From a virus (taxonomy: Duplodnaviria; Heunggongvirae; Uroviricota; Caudoviricetes), in IMG/VR virus record IMGVR_UViG_2687453442_000006: a DNA stretch of 49,011 nucleotides; one strand, given 5' to 3'. Positions 1-10,621 of the stretch are shown here, piece after piece. Positions within the stretch are counted from its first letter, which is position 1. Each line of letters begins with the position of its first letter. The position numbers were made by a program, and so were the translations under genes. The notes below the pieces were generated by a model. That model did no database searches. It was not told the origin of the DNA and saw only the letters and a program-made list of their open reading frames with translations.

Positions 1-585
1 CTATTCGATAATGGGTACTGTTGGCCATTCAATATCCTGTGAAGTTGACGTATCAACACGGTTCAGCAATACCCGATACTTTTTCCATGCTTCCAGCAAC
101 GAGATTTCTTCCTCCGTTGCAATTTCCAGATCTGCAGCATCCTGAAGCGGCGCAATATGCTCACTGGCTACCTGCATCAGGTTGTTTTTTATTTCTTCCG
201 CCTCCCGGATCCGGAACAGTTTTTCTGCTTCCGTATCCTTCACCCAGGCTGTGCCGTTCCACTTCTGAAACTCTCCTTCCGGCGATAACCAGGTAACATT
301 TTCCGGTAACGGACCGAGTTCAGAAATAAATAACGCGTCGCCGGAAGCCACGTCATAAACCGTTTTACCCCGATGATCTTCAACGAGATGCCACGATGAC
401 TCATCACTGTTGAAAACAGCCACGAAGCCTGCCGGAATATCTGGCGGTGCAATATCGGTACTGTTTGCTGGCAGACCTGTATGAGGCGGAATATATGCAT
501 CACCTTCACCAATAAATTCATTAGTTCCGGCCAGCAGATTATAAATTTTTATGGTCCGTGGTTGTTCACTCATTCTGAATGCCAT
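1..585 (-). CDS. tfa: Tail fiber assembly protein Tfa (lambda-like)
   Basis: 194-aa track ORF whose stop falls at window positions 1-3; sequence ([24 protein letters not shown]...) matches lambda Tfa as I recall it along its whole length; start overlaps stf stop. Confidence 0.9.
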   Translation of the reverse strand: MAFRMSEQPRTIKIYNLLAGTNEFIGEGDAYIPPHTGLPANSTDIAPPDIPAGFVAVFNSDESSWHLVEDHRGKTVYDVASGDALFISELGPLPENVTWLSPEGEFQKWNGTAWVKDTEAEKLFRIREAEEIKNNLMQVASEHIAPLQDAADLEIATEEEISLLEAWKKYRVLLNRVDTSTSQDIEWPTVPIIE

Positions 586-3500
586 TATGCAAGCCTCACA
601 ATATAGTTAAATGCGATGTTTTTGACGGTGTTTTCCGCGTTACCAGCAGCGTTAACGGTGATGGTGTGTCCATGTGAACCAATCGCAACGGAGTGCGTAT
701 GAGCACCAATACCGACAGTATGCGCGTGTGCACCTGCAGATGCTGCTGTGCCGGACAGTGAGTGGCTATGATTACCATCTGTACTGGTATTAGCTAACCA
801 CCCCGTAGACATACCTACTGAGCCTTGTACACCCCAGGTATTTTGACCTGAGCTTGTATAACCATATTGATAAGTATCTTTAAAAACACTGGGGTTAAAT
901 CGACGGCCATCTCTATGGCTGTGATTACCAGCTGCATTCGTGCTGCCACTTAAACTATGGGTATGCGCACCAGTGTTATTCGTGGATTTAGTGCCGTAAT
1001 CAAACGACGATGTGGTTTTCGTACCCAAATCCGTACTGGATGCGCTGGCGCTGTGGGTGTGCGATTTAATGCCGTCCTGTTCCTGAGACAATATGGCTCG
1101 ACCACTGGCGGGCTTGCCCTTAATCATCCAGCCACGCATATCAGGGATCACGCCTGACGGATAAGCAGCTGCAAGTTTCGGGTAAGCAGATTTGTCAAAA
1201 GTCTGCCCCTGCATCAGGGCATAACCAGACGGAACGGTATCTGATGGCCACGGGATTGGTGCGCCGACTGGGTAGCTTTCTGGTGGAAGATTTTTCGAGG
1301 TATAAACTTCTGCCCAGTCTTCCTCAAAACCATAACCGTCTCTTGAAGAACGGTAGAACAGACCACCATTTCTGTAATGCGCCTTCATCTGCAGGGTCCG
1401 GCAACTTCCGACTCCGGTATAGAAGTTAACCAGAATATAGCTGTCGCCAGAGCGGGTGACATTATAAGCGCCTGATTCGGCATTCCAGGGAACGCCACCA
1501 TCCGCATCGGCATATGTATCCGTTGCCCTTCTGGCAAAAGCAGCCACATGCGCGGCGGTTAAAGTAATATCTTTGGAACCATCAAACTCAACACCAGAAA
1601 CCCGTCTTGGCGTTTGCAGCTTTGTTGCTGTTAATGCATTACCGTTCAGACTTGCGGACAGTTTGGTTCCAATAACCAGTTCGCCGGTTGCGTTATCAAT
1701 AGCAAACGGTCTTAATGTATTCCAGCCACCATAAACATCACCTTGATTGGTAAGCAGCAGGTAAGTTTTAGCGCCATCATTACGCCATAATGCCCCATAC
1801 TCCCCACCTATCATTCGAATCTGATTACCACCACGCGCTACAATTTCGTCTGTGGCAAAAAGTTTTTTGCACGACAAGTTATCGTTAACGATTAATGAAT
1901 GAGACTCATAAAAACCACGCCCACTCTTAAAATCAAGGATAACGTCCGCCGCGATACATTCAGTCGCCGGATTTGTTGCCCCAAACTTATAGGTCGTATC
2001 ATTAACAACGAGATCAGCACCAGGTGCGGATATTGACAGGCCATCTTCGATAAACGCAAAAACAGGGAAAGCAGCGCCATCAACATAGAACACAGAGCGC
2101 AAATCATCGCCCTTATTACTCATCATTATTGAGTGGATGGCTCGTTCATTGTTTTGATATTGCCAGAACATTCCATAAGCATAACGCCCCCTGTCAGTCC
2201 AGCCACCAGGCATAACAAATCCGTTAAACTCGCAGTTATTCATCGGATCGCCTGCGGTTCGCGTTGCCGTGGTGATAATGACCCTTGATGCCAGTTCGCT
2301 TACTGAGCCAGCAGAACGCATAACAACAACAGGGTAATATTTTCCAGATGTTGCACCTGCAGGAGCGTTAACCCGCACATAACGCATACCACGCTTATCA
2401 GCAAAGTCTGTTTTACTGACCGCGTTAATGTTGTTCAGGAAGCGTCCCTTATCGGGTATATCAGCGCCGTTCTGGTCTTTCTGCAGACGTTTCTCTGCAT
2501 TGTCATAGGCTGATTTTACTGCCTTTGGCGTTGCCGCCAGCGTTTCAGACGTACTGTTGGTCGCACTGCTGAGCTGTACTATCCCCTTTTTCGTCGTACT
2601 TGCATCCTCAAGCGCCACGGCGGATGCAATATCCTCTGCCCGTTTTGCCGCTGTCTCGGCGCGCGTTGCCGCGGATTCCGCCGTACTTTTGCTCTGTGCT
2701 GCCGCCGTCGCACTGCCAGCTGCCTCTGTCGCCTTCGTGGATGCTGTCGTGGCGCTGCCCTTCGCTGCGGACGCTTGTCTGGTCGCCTCATCTTTTGAAG
2801 CAGACGCCGATGATGCCGATGACGCCGCCGAACTGGCGGACGATGCGGCAGCCGTTTTTGAGGATTCTGCGCTGGTTTCCGACGCTTTCGCGTTCGTCTC
2901 GGATGTCTTCGCTGCGGAAGCAGACCTCGCTGCTGCGCTGGCCTGTTCAGTGGCTTCGCCAGCCTTCGTTGTGGCTGTTGAAGCAGACGATGCGGCACTT
3001 TCTGCCGATTTTCCGGCGGCGGTGGCACTGGCTGAGGCCTGCCCGGCACTTGTTGACGCGGCACTGGCAGACGACGCAGCCGCTGTTTTTGAGCCTGCCG
3101 CAGCCGAGGCGCTCTGTCCCGCTGCCGTTTCAGAAGACCTGGCGTTTGTCTCAGACGTCTTTGCCGCCTTCGCGGAATTGCCTGCCGCCGTTGCCGAGGA
3201 AGCGGCACTACTGGCGCTTGATGATGCGTTCGTTTCTGATGATTTCGCTGCCTCTTTTGAGGCCGCCGCATCCCGGGCTGAGGTGGCTGCTTCTGACGCC
3301 TTCGTGGTCGCGGCGGATGCAGAAGTGGCTGCTGATTGTTGTGACGCTGCCGCATTCGTTTCTGACGTTTTCGCCGCAGCGGCACTGGTAGCTGCCGCGC
3401 TTTTTGAGGACTCTGCAGCAGCAGCACTTTTCGATGCTTCACTGGCCTTTGTTGATGCCGTTCCTGCGCTGGAAGATGCTGACTGAGCCGACGACGCGGC

Positions 3501-3983
3501 CTGTCCGGCTGACGTGCTGGCTGCGCGTGCTGAGCCTGCAGCATCAGTCGCATGGGTTGCCGCCTCACGTGCTGATGTGCCGGCATCGCTGGCTGACTTC
3601 TTCGCGGCTGCCGTGTTCTGTGCCACCGCGGACGCGTTACGCGCCACCTCTTCCACCATCAGTTCAAAACGGCGCAGTGCCTCAGGACGGGCATCATCCT
3701 CCGTCATGGCACCGAGAAAATCATTCAGCGTACCGGGTCGGGAATCTTCATACACGGTGATGGTCCCGGCATGTGACGGCGGGAATCCCTCCACCAACAG
3801 AATAACGCTGTACTGCCCGTACTCAACGTCCATGCTGTAACGCCCGGCTTCATCCGGATTTTCTGAGGCCAGCGTGTTCACCACCACCGTGGTGCTGTTA
3901 CGTTTTGCTTTCAGCTGGATTGTGCAGTTCTGTACCGGTTTTCCTGTGCCGTCTTTCAGTACACCTGAAATCTTTACTGCCAT
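585..3983 (-). CDS. stf: Side tail fiber protein Stf, lambda-like ends with expanded Ala/Ser/Thr-rich central repeat region (about 1132 aa)
   Basis: Track ORF 585..3989; N-terminus [26 protein letters not shown] and C-terminal His-box tip (GAHTHSLSG ... [27 protein letters not shown]) match lambda Stf from memory; start moved two codons in (MAVK) by homology; central KTSETNA-type repeats. Confidence 0.85.
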   Translation of the reverse strand: MAVKISGVLKDGTGKPVQNCTIQLKAKRNSTTVVVNTLASENPDEAGRYSMDVEYGQYSVILLVEGFPPSHAGTITVYEDSRPGTLNDFLGAMTEDDARPEALRRFELMVEEVARNASAVAQNTAAAKKSASDAGTSAREAATHATDAAGSARAASTSAGQAASSAQSASSSAGTASTKASEASKSAAAAESSKSAAATSAAAAKTSETNAAASQQSAATSASAATTKASEAATSARDAAASKEAAKSSETNASSSASSAASSATAAGNSAKAAKTSETNARSSETAAGQSASAAAGSKTAAASSASAASTSAGQASASATAAGKSAESAASSASTATTKAGEATEQASAAARSASAAKTSETNAKASETSAESSKTAAASSASSAASSASSASASKDEATRQASAAKGSATTASTKATEAAGSATAAAQSKSTAESAATRAETAAKRAEDIASAVALEDASTTKKGIVQLSSATNSTSETLAATPKAVKSAYDNAEKRLQKDQNGADIPDKGRFLNNINAVSKTDFADKRGMRYVRVNAPAGATSGKYYPVVVMRSAGSVSELASRVIITTATRTAGDPMNNCEFNGFVMPGGWTDRGRYAYGMFWQYQNNERAIHSIMMSNKGDDLRSVFYVDGAAFPVFAFIEDGLSISAPGADLVVNDTTYKFGATNPATECIAADVILDFKSGRGFYESHSLIVNDNLSCKKLFATDEIVARGGNQIRMIGGEYGALWRNDGAKTYLLLTNQGDVYGGWNTLRPFAIDNATGELVIGTKLSASLNGNALTATKLQTPRRVSGVEFDGSKDITLTAAHVAAFARRATDTYADADGGVPWNAESGAYNVTRSGDSYILVNFYTGVGSCRTLQMKAHYRNGGLFYRSSRDGYGFEEDWAEVYTSKNLPPESYPVGAPIPWPSDTVPSGYALMQGQTFDKSAYPKLAAAYPSGVIPDMRGWMIKGKPASGRAILSQEQDGIKSHTHSASASSTDLGTKTTSSFDYGTKSTNNTGAHTHSLSGSTNAAGNHSHRDGRRFNPSVFKDTYQYGYTSSGQNTWGVQGSVGMSTGWLANTSTDGNHSHSLSGTAASAGAHAHTVGIGAHTHSVAIGSHGHTITVNAAGNAENTVKNIAFNYIVRLA

Positions 3984-3992
3984 ATTCACCCC

Positions 3993-4023
3993 ACAAAAAA
4001 GCCCGCCTGAACCGGCGGGCTGT
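3993..4023 (-). terminator. Candidate rho-independent terminator downstream of lom
   Basis: GC-rich inverted repeat (gcccgcc ... ggcgggc) followed on the minus strand by a T-run; coordinates approximate. Confidence 0.5.
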
Positions 4024-4047
4024 CATAACACTGTGTTACCTGGCTAA

Positions 4048-4647
4048 TCAGAATTTATAACCGATACCCACGATGAAACCGTCAGTGCGCCAGTCACCAC
4101 TGCCGGAGCCTTCATAAGCAATATCAATGGCCACGGATTCGGTCGGGTTAAACTGCACGCCAGCCCCCCACGCCAGAGACGTGTTGCTGTGGCGACCGTC
4201 ATCACTTCCGGTCAGCACATCGTGCTTTTTCCCCTTGTTGTCAGTTACGCGAAGATAATCCCCGGAGAAAGTCGACACACGGCTGTAAGCCACACCCGCC
4301 ATCGCATACGCGCTGAACCATTCATTCACGCGCACAGACGGCCCCGCCATTACGCTGAACCAGCGGTTACGAACGGAATCTTCATGCCAGCGGGTATCGC
4401 TGTAACGGGTCAGCTGGCGATTCTTGTCTCCTGCATAGCTGAACGACGTCTCCAGCCCCAGTGTGTCCGTAAACTCATAACGGTATTTCACGTTAATCCC
4501 GTTCAGATCATCACTGCCGGGAACGTTCGTCGAGGCATGAAGATAGCCCGCGCTCAGCGTGGACTGATGTTCAGACGCCCATGCAGGCGCACCGGATACG
4601 GCCAGACAGATGGCTGCGGACAAAATGGCGGCATAAAGTTTACGCAT
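4048..4647 (-). CDS. lom: Outer membrane protein Lom (Ail/Lom family)
   Basis: 199-aa ORF MRKLYAAILSAAICLAVSGAPAWASEHQSTLSAGYLHA... matches lambda Lom from memory; signal peptide and C-terminal beta-barrel end GYKF. Confidence 0.9.
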   Translation of the reverse strand: MRKLYAAILSAAICLAVSGAPAWASEHQSTLSAGYLHASTNVPGSDDLNGINVKYRYEFTDTLGLETSFSYAGDKNRQLTRYSDTRWHEDSVRNRWFSVMAGPSVRVNEWFSAYAMAGVAYSRVSTFSGDYLRVTDNKGKKHDVLTGSDDGRHSNTSLAWGAGVQFNPTESVAIDIAYEGSGSGDWRTDGFIVGIGYKF

Positions 4648-4675
4648 AATTACCTCTCGCTTTTCTGCAATAAAA

Positions 4676-4700
4676 AAGGCGTCATTCCTGACGCCCTTTA
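4676..4700 (-). terminator. Candidate terminator hairpin between J and lom
   Basis: Inverted repeat ggcgtca/tgacgcc flanked by A/T runs on both strands; coordinates approximate. Confidence 0.4.
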
Positions 4701-4717
4701 TTGGGGTTATAAATATT

Positions 4718-7700
4718 TCAACGAATACTGATGCCGGAAGCGGCTTTTTTGGTCACAATCACCGTACAGTCGGTGATATTGCCTGCCCCCTGATTGCCTT
4801 TCTGGAAAATCTTAAACTCCAGAGTGACGCTTCCCCTGCCACTCGGCATATCAATAACTGCACTGTAACTACCGGGAATGGCCCCTTTAGTTTCTCTGGA
4901 TGCGATTAATACGCCGTTTTTGCGAACTTCAAAACCATAACCCGTGTATCGCGTGCCTCCTGGGTTATTTCCGCTCCCCGGATCGTCATACGCTATACCG
5001 TTAAAAATAATGGGCGGAATAATAATCTGGCGGTCAAAGTTATGATCATCGCTGATGGTGACTGTAACCGTACCGTTTGGTGTTTCCGTGTTACCCCACG
5101 TACCGACTTTTTTCGGGAAGGCTTTTGATACAGCTTTAACGAAATCTCCTCTGACCTGGGTCGCCTCCAGCATGCCCTTAATCGTACAGTTCTGGTTAAT
5201 CGTGACATTGTTGAGCGTTCCTGAGTTCGCATTCACACTGCCACTGATATCCACATTTTTCGCCGTCAGTCTCCCGTCTGATGTCAGGGAAAATGCCGGA
5301 GGATTACCGCCGCTGGTAATGGTGGGGGCCGTCAGGCGTTTCAGGAACACTTCATTCATGAATATCTGATCGCCCTGACCAACAAACATCGGCTTTGTGT
5401 TGCCATTCGCAGGATTAATCATCGCAATCCTGTCTGCTGCCAGCAGCACCTGACTCTGCATGCCGTCAGGGGTGTTCTCAATACCGGCACCGATACCCGC
5501 AATATAAAGGCGTCCGTCCTGCATCTGCTGCAGCTTCACTGCCCACATGCTGTTCAGGTTATTATTTGTATCAACCTGAACCTTCTGTATCTGCTGGATC
5601 GCTGCACTCTGGTCTTCCAGTTTCTTATTGACGGTCTGTGTTATTTCATTGCTGACATCCGTTATGGACGTCCTGATTTCAGTCAGGTCAGGCGCAAGCT
5701 GACCGTTATCAATCTGCGTCCACAGCTCCTGAGCCAGATGGGTTTTCCCTATCTCGCCTTTGAAAAAATCCAGATAGCCTGATGCATCATCACTCGGCTG
5801 ACCGACAGCCTCCACGAATGCCGATTTGCCAACGGTGTTCACACTGCGAACGTAAAAATAATAATCATGGCCCGGTTTGATATTGATACTGGCGGCTATC
5901 CAGTACAGTGCCGTACCAAGATAACGCGCGCTGGTTTCAACCTGCCTGATATCCGCAATCCGTTTTTCCGAGAACCAGAACTCAAACTGTACCGTCGGGT
6001 CATAAACCGCAAGATGCGGCGTGGCGGTTATCTGAAAATAGCCCGGCGTCAGCTCAATCCGCGACGGCGCTGCCGGTGCGGCAATCCGGAACGATACCGA
6101 CGCCGGATCGCCCTGCTGCCCCCACGCATTTACTGCCCGGACTGTCAGCCTGTAGTTCCCCAGAGCCAGTTGTGTGAAGCGGTAAGTGGTTTCCGTCGTC
6201 CGGGCCGTGCTGACCAGCCGCTCACGGCCGTCATCCGCTGCCACGGTCAGGCGAAGCAGGAAGCTCACGCCCTTCACCACCTTCGGCGTGTCCCAGCGCG
6301 CCAGCACCTGGTATTCCCCGCTGTCTGCGGTGACTTCTGCGGTCAGGTGCTGCACCGCTGGCGGCGTGACACCATTTACCGTGCCGCTCTGGTCGCCGTC
6401 AAAGTGCGCCCCGTTATCCACGATGGCCTCTTTTTCCGGTACATGCTGCACGGCGGTGATGGCATACGTGCCGTCGTCGTTCTCACGGATACTCACGCAG
6501 CGGAACAGGCGCTGGCGCAACGTCGGCAGCTTCAGCCCCCATACGCTGTATTCAGCAACGCCGTCAGGAACACGGCTCACTTTCACCTTCACGCCGTCGG
6601 TGACGGACTGAACCTCCACGCTGACCGGACTCCCCTGCCCGTCAACCAGGCTTATCAGCGTGGTGCCGGAAGATGGCAGCGTGATTTCACGGTCGAGCGT
6701 CAGCGTCCGGGTCTGGCTGTTTACCGCCAGCACGCGCCCGCCGGTGCGGATACCGGCATAGTCATCATCGCAGATTTCAATGACATCGCCCGGTACATGG
6801 CGAAGCCCTTCGGCACCCACGCTGAAGTCCACGGTCTGCGTTTCCAGCAGTTCTGTTTTAATCAGCCACAGCCCGGCGCGGTGTGCCTGCCCCCGGCTGG
6901 TACAGCCAAAAGCATCCATCTTCGTGACGTTACGACCGTAACGGGCAATGGCCTGCGTGTCCTCCACAAGCTCTGTCGCCGTCTCCCAGCCGTTATTCGG
7001 GTCAATCCAGTTCACCTCAACGGCATTATGGCGGTCCTTCAGGGCGCTGAAGCTGTAGCGGAACGGCGCACCATCATCCGGCATCACCACATTACTGCGG
7101 TTATAGGTCCACACCTTATCCGACGGTCGGTCCTGCACGAACGTCAGCGTCTGCCCGTTCCATACCGGCATACAGCGCATCGCAGAGCAGAAATCACTGA
7201 GCACATCCCACGCCTTGCGCTGTGTGGTCAGGTACGCATTACAGGTGATGCGCGGCTCCGTGCCGCCAAAACCGTCCGGCACCGACTGATCGCAATGCTG
7301 GCCGATGACATACAGCGCCCATTTGTCCACATCCGCCGCACCAAGACGTTTCCCCATGCCGTAGCGCGGATGGGTCAGCATATCCCACAGACACCAGGCC
7401 ATGTTGTTGCTGTATGCTGGCTTAAACGTTCCGTCCCAGATACCGCTGTATTGCCGCGTCTGCGGGTTATAGTTCGACGGCACCTGCAGAATGCGCCCGC
7501 GCAGATGATAATTACGGCTCACCTGCTGGCTGCCGAACTGCTCCGAATCCACCTGCACGCCGACCAGTGCCGTGTTCGGGTAGCACTGTTTCACATCGAT
7601 GATTTCGGTGTATGACGACCAGAGTGTTTTGTTCTGCAGCTGGTCTGTGGTGCTGTCCGGCGTCATCCTGCGCATCCGTATATTGAACGGGCGCGGCGGC

Positions 7701-8215
7701 AGGTTACCCACCACCACCGAGGCCAGATACTGCGAGGTGGTTTTGCCCTTAATGGTGATGTCTTTTTCCGTCACCCAGCCACCATTACGCTGGATCTGAA
7801 CCAGCAGGCGGACTTCCGACGGATTCCGGTCCCCCTTTGAGGTGGTTTCCACCAGTGCCTGCACGCCGAAGGTAAAGCGCAGACGGTCGATGTTTGCAGA
7901 CGTAATGGTGCGGGTGATCGGCGTGTCATATTTCACTTCCGTACCCAGCACCGTCTCGGAGCCGGAGGATTCAAACCCCTCCGGCGGTGTCTGCTCCTGC
8001 TCACCGGCACGGAACACCACCGTGACACCGGAGATGTTGGTATTCCCCTCAGTGTCCAGCACCGGCGTACTGTTCAGCAGCACGCTTTTTAATCCATCCA
8101 CCGGACCTTCAACCGGCCCTTCGCTGATGGCATCGATCACACTCAGCAGCTGCGTGGACTTCAGGTTGTCCTTCGCTTCGCGCGGGGTATGCCCCTTACT
8201 GCTGCCTTTACCCAT
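4718..8215 (-). CDS. J: Tail tip / host specificity protein J
   Basis: 1165-aa ORF; N-terminal [37 protein letters not shown]... matches lambda J from memory; position after I. Confidence 0.95.
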   Translation of the reverse strand: MGKGSSKGHTPREAKDNLKSTQLLSVIDAISEGPVEGPVDGLKSVLLNSTPVLDTEGNTNISGVTVVFRAGEQEQTPPEGFESSGSETVLGTEVKYDTPITRTITSANIDRLRFTFGVQALVETTSKGDRNPSEVRLLVQIQRNGGWVTEKDITIKGKTTSQYLASVVVGNLPPRPFNIRMRRMTPDSTTDQLQNKTLWSSYTEIIDVKQCYPNTALVGVQVDSEQFGSQQVSRNYHLRGRILQVPSNYNPQTRQYSGIWDGTFKPAYSNNMAWCLWDMLTHPRYGMGKRLGAADVDKWALYVIGQHCDQSVPDGFGGTEPRITCNAYLTTQRKAWDVLSDFCSAMRCMPVWNGQTLTFVQDRPSDKVWTYNRSNVVMPDDGAPFRYSFSALKDRHNAVEVNWIDPNNGWETATELVEDTQAIARYGRNVTKMDAFGCTSRGQAHRAGLWLIKTELLETQTVDFSVGAEGLRHVPGDVIEICDDDYAGIRTGGRVLAVNSQTRTLTLDREITLPSSGTTLISLVDGQGSPVSVEVQSVTDGVKVKVSRVPDGVAEYSVWGLKLPTLRQRLFRCVSIRENDDGTYAITAVQHVPEKEAIVDNGAHFDGDQSGTVNGVTPPAVQHLTAEVTADSGEYQVLARWDTPKVVKGVSFLLRLTVAADDGRERLVSTARTTETTYRFTQLALGNYRLTVRAVNAWGQQGDPASVSFRIAAPAAPSRIELTPGYFQITATPHLAVYDPTVQFEFWFSEKRIADIRQVETSARYLGTALYWIAASINIKPGHDYYFYVRSVNTVGKSAFVEAVGQPSDDASGYLDFFKGEIGKTHLAQELWTQIDNGQLAPDLTEIRTSITDVSNEITQTVNKKLEDQSAAIQQIQKVQVDTNNNLNSMWAVKLQQMQDGRLYIAGIGAGIENTPDGMQSQVLLAADRIAMINPANGNTKPMFVGQGDQIFMNEVFLKRLTAPTITSGGNPPAFSLTSDGRLTAKNVDISGSVNANSGTLNNVTINQNCTIKGMLEATQVRGDFVKAVSKAFPKKVGTWGNTETPNGTVTVTISDDHNFDRQIIIPPIIFNGIAYDDPGSGNNPGGTRYTGYGFEVRKNGVLIASRETKGAIPGSYSAVIDMPSGRGSVTLEFKIFQKGNQGAGNITDCTVIVTKKAASGISIR

Positions 8216-8275
8216 TCCTCACGCTCCATAAATGACAAAACCGCCCGCAGGCGGTTTCACATAAAACATTTTGCA

Positions 8276-8947
8276 TCAGCGACCAATCACCACAACCTGA
8301 CCACCGTCCCCTTCGTCTGCCGTGCTGATCTCCTGAGAAACCACGCGAGACCCCACGCGCATTTCCCCGTACAGAACAGGCAGAACATTGCCCTGGGCAA
8401 CCATGTTATCCAGTGAGGAGAAATAGGTGTTCTGCTTACCGTTATCCGTTGTCTGTGTACGGGGAGTTCTGGCTTTCGGTGCCAGCATCTGCGCCACACC
8501 ACCGAGCACCATACTGGCACCGAGAGAAAACAGGATGCCGGTCATACCACCGGTCCCAATGGCTGCCCCCCATGCTGCAAGGGTGGCTCCGGCGGTAAAG
8601 AATGATCCGGCAATGGCGGCAGCCCCCAGGACAATCTGGAATACGCCACCTGACTTGGCCCCGGCGACTCTGGGAACAATATGAATCACAGCGCCATCAG
8701 GCAGAGTCTCATGTAACTGCGCCGTTAACCCGGACGTGCTGACGTCCCGCCCGGCAATCCGTACCTGATACCAGCCGTCGCTCAGTTTCTGACGAAACGC
8801 CGGGAGCTGTGTGGCCAGTGCCCGGATGGCTTCAGCCCCCGTTTTCACACGAAGGTCGATGCGGCGACCAAATCGTTGTAAATCCCCGTAAAGGCAGATG
8901 CGCGCCATGCCCGGTGACGCCAGAGGGAGTGTGTGCGTCGCTGCCAT
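8276..8947 (-). CDS. I: Tail assembly protein I
   Basis: 223-aa ORF MAATHTLPLASPGMARICLYGDLQRFG... matches lambda I; about 60-bp gap to J as in lambda. Confidence 0.9.
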   Translation of the reverse strand: MAATHTLPLASPGMARICLYGDLQRFGRRIDLRVKTGAEAIRALATQLPAFRQKLSDGWYQVRIAGRDVSTSGLTAQLHETLPDGAVIHIVPRVAGAKSGGVFQIVLGAAAIAGSFFTAGATLAAWGAAIGTGGMTGILFSLGASMVLGGVAQMLAPKARTPRTQTTDNGKQNTYFSSLDNMVAQGNVLPVLYGEMRVGSRVVSQEISTADEGDGGQVVVIGR

Positions 8948-9588
8948 TTGTCGGTGTACCTCTCTCGTTTGCTCAGTTGTTCAGGAATATGGTGCAGCAG
9001 CTCGCCGTCGCCGCAGTAAATTGCGGCGTGATTCGGCACTGATGAACCAAAACAGCACAGCAGCACATCGCCCGGCTGTGCCGCTGACAACGGCACCTGA
9101 TACAGCCCCGTCGCCTCCAGATTATCCAGATAGAGATTCTGGCCGTTACGCCACCAGTCATCCTCACGATAAAAGTCCGGCATCTCAATCCCCGCCAGAT
9201 GATAAGCATCCCGGAACAGTGTGTAACAGTCCGTCACACCGTGCTCAAAGCGCCGCCCGGTGAGATGCGGCACACAGCGGAATTTATGAATCTCACCCCG
9301 GCAGACCAGCCACCACGGCAAATCGCTCTGCACCTGCAGCCGCCTGTCAGCCTCACTCAGCCAGGGCAGACCACCGGGGTGGCTGTGGACCAGCGCCACA
9401 ATCTCACCCTGCATTTCTGCCTGCAGCCAGTCTTCCGGCGACATCCGGAAATACGCCTCCGGCTCACCGGAGATATTCACGCAGGGAAAATATCTTTCCC
9501 CCTTCGGCGTTCTCACCACGAAGCCGCACGACTCCGCTGGCGCACATCGCCGGGCGTGCGCCAGAATCGCTGATTCTGTCTGTGTCAT
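8845..9588 (-). CDS. K: Tail assembly protein K (MPN/JAB plus NlpC/P60-like)
   Basis: 247-aa ORF MTQTESAILAHARRCAPAESCGF... with HSHP motif; overlaps I start by about 100 nt in another frame, the normal lambda K/I arrangement. Confidence 0.85.
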   Translation of the reverse strand: MTQTESAILAHARRCAPAESCGFVVRTPKGERYFPCVNISGEPEAYFRMSPEDWLQAEMQGEIVALVHSHPGGLPWLSEADRRLQVQSDLPWWLVCRGEIHKFRCVPHLTGRRFEHGVTDCYTLFRDAYHLAGIEMPDFYREDDWWRNGQNLYLDNLEATGLYQVPLSAAQPGDVLLCCFGSSVPNHAAIYCGDGELLHHIPEQLSKRERYTDKWQRRTHSLWRHRAWRASAFTGIYNDLVAASTFV

Positions 9589-9593
9589 GGGAT

Positions 9594-10292
9594 TTACTGC
9601 GAAAGTTTGTTAATGGAAAGGAAGCCGCCAAAGTTGCCGACGTTATTGCGGAACTTACAACCGCTCAGGCATTTGCTGCATTTATCCTTCGTGATATCGG
9701 ACGTTGGCTGGTCATATTCATCCGCGACAGCCGGACCGCTATAACCGCACTCGTCACCGCGATAGGTCCAGGTGCAGGTGTTGGCCAGCATGATACGTCC
9801 CGGAAAAACAGCGCCATCCGTTTCCGTCGGCGTGGACAGTACAAAGGAGGCACTCACCGCGCTCAGTTCGCTGCACTGCTCAATGCGCCAGCGGCTGATC
9901 ACCTCCTGCTCCGGATCGGCGTAACTGTTTCCGTTGACGAAGTTCACCGCATCCAGAAAACGGGCGTAAACCTTACGCCGGACCACCGTTCCGCCGACCA
10001 GACTCTGCAGATCTTCCGCCATCCCGGTGACCATACCGTACAGGTTAGAAACCGTCAGCGTGGGGCGCGTACTGGTGCCTTTGCCATTCAGTTCAAAACC
10101 GCTCCCCTGAATGGGATACGGCTGATACTGTCGCCCCTGCCAGGTGACCGGCTCACCTTTTTCGTTCTGCTCATTACAGAAAAAATAACGTTCTCCACCG
10201 ACCTCTGTCAGGTCGATTTCCCAGAGCACCACGCTGGCCGACTGCTCCGCACGGGTGCATTCATTCAGTGTTTCCTGCCGGATATCCTGCAT
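9594..10292 (-). CDS. L: Tail assembly protein L
   Basis: 232-aa ORF MQDIRQETLNECTRAEQSASVVLWEIDLTEVGGERYFFCNEQNEKGEP... matches lambda L. Confidence 0.9.
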   Translation of the reverse strand: MQDIRQETLNECTRAEQSASVVLWEIDLTEVGGERYFFCNEQNEKGEPVTWQGRQYQPYPIQGSGFELNGKGTSTRPTLTVSNLYGMVTGMAEDLQSLVGGTVVRRKVYARFLDAVNFVNGNSYADPEQEVISRWRIEQCSELSAVSASFVLSTPTETDGAVFPGRIMLANTCTWTYRGDECGYSGPAVADEYDQPTSDITKDKCSKCLSGCKFRNNVGNFGGFLSINKLSQ

Positions 10293-10621
10293 CAGTTCAC
10301 CACCTGTTCAAACTCTGCGCTGAACTCAACACGCAGCATACTGACCCGCGACGACCATTTTGCGCAGGTCACCTTTATCTGCTGCCACTCATAAGGCGGC
10401 GTCCACAGAAAGGATTTCCAGCCCCCGTGCTCTTCCAGAAACGACTCCAGTACCGTGGCCTCCTCACGGGGGACAGAAAGCGTCACGCTGTACGTTTTCA
10501 GGTTGGCATTCAGCCCGGCAGGCGCTCGCTGAGAATAGCCATCACCAAAGCGCACCTTTCTTACAGAAGGGACCGAAGCCACATCCATACCGGGTTTCAC
10601 TTTCCAGCGGAAGGTCTTCAT
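10292..10621 (-). CDS. M: Tail assembly protein M
   Basis: 109-aa ORF MKTFRWKVKPGMDVASVPSVRKVRFGDGYSQRA... matches lambda M; overlaps H stop. Confidence 0.9.
   Translation of the reverse strand: MKTFRWKVKPGMDVASVPSVRKVRFGDGYSQRAPAGLNANLKTYSVTLSVPREEATVLESFLEEHGGWKSFLWTPPYEWQQIKVTCAKWSSRVSMLRVEFSAEFEQVVN

Noticed and set aside
2557-3586. Three long track ORFs (309 aa plus strand, 335 aa minus strand, 263 aa plus strand) overlapping the central part of stf
   Set aside because: They lie within the GC-rich Ala/Ser codon repeat tract of stf, where all frames are stop-poor; their products are extreme low-complexity (poly-Ala/Asp or Arg/Pro/Gln-rich) with no start context; best explained as artefacts of the repeat.
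5867-7615. 582-aa plus-strand ORF antisense to J
   Set aside because: Entirely inside the J coding region on the opposite strand; Arg/Pro/Ala-rich, compositionally implausible; J is strongly supported by homology.
8845-8947. About 100-nt overlap between K and I considered as a frameshift or pseudogene signature
   Set aside because: The same K/I overlap exists in lambda; both ORFs are full length and match their lambda counterparts.
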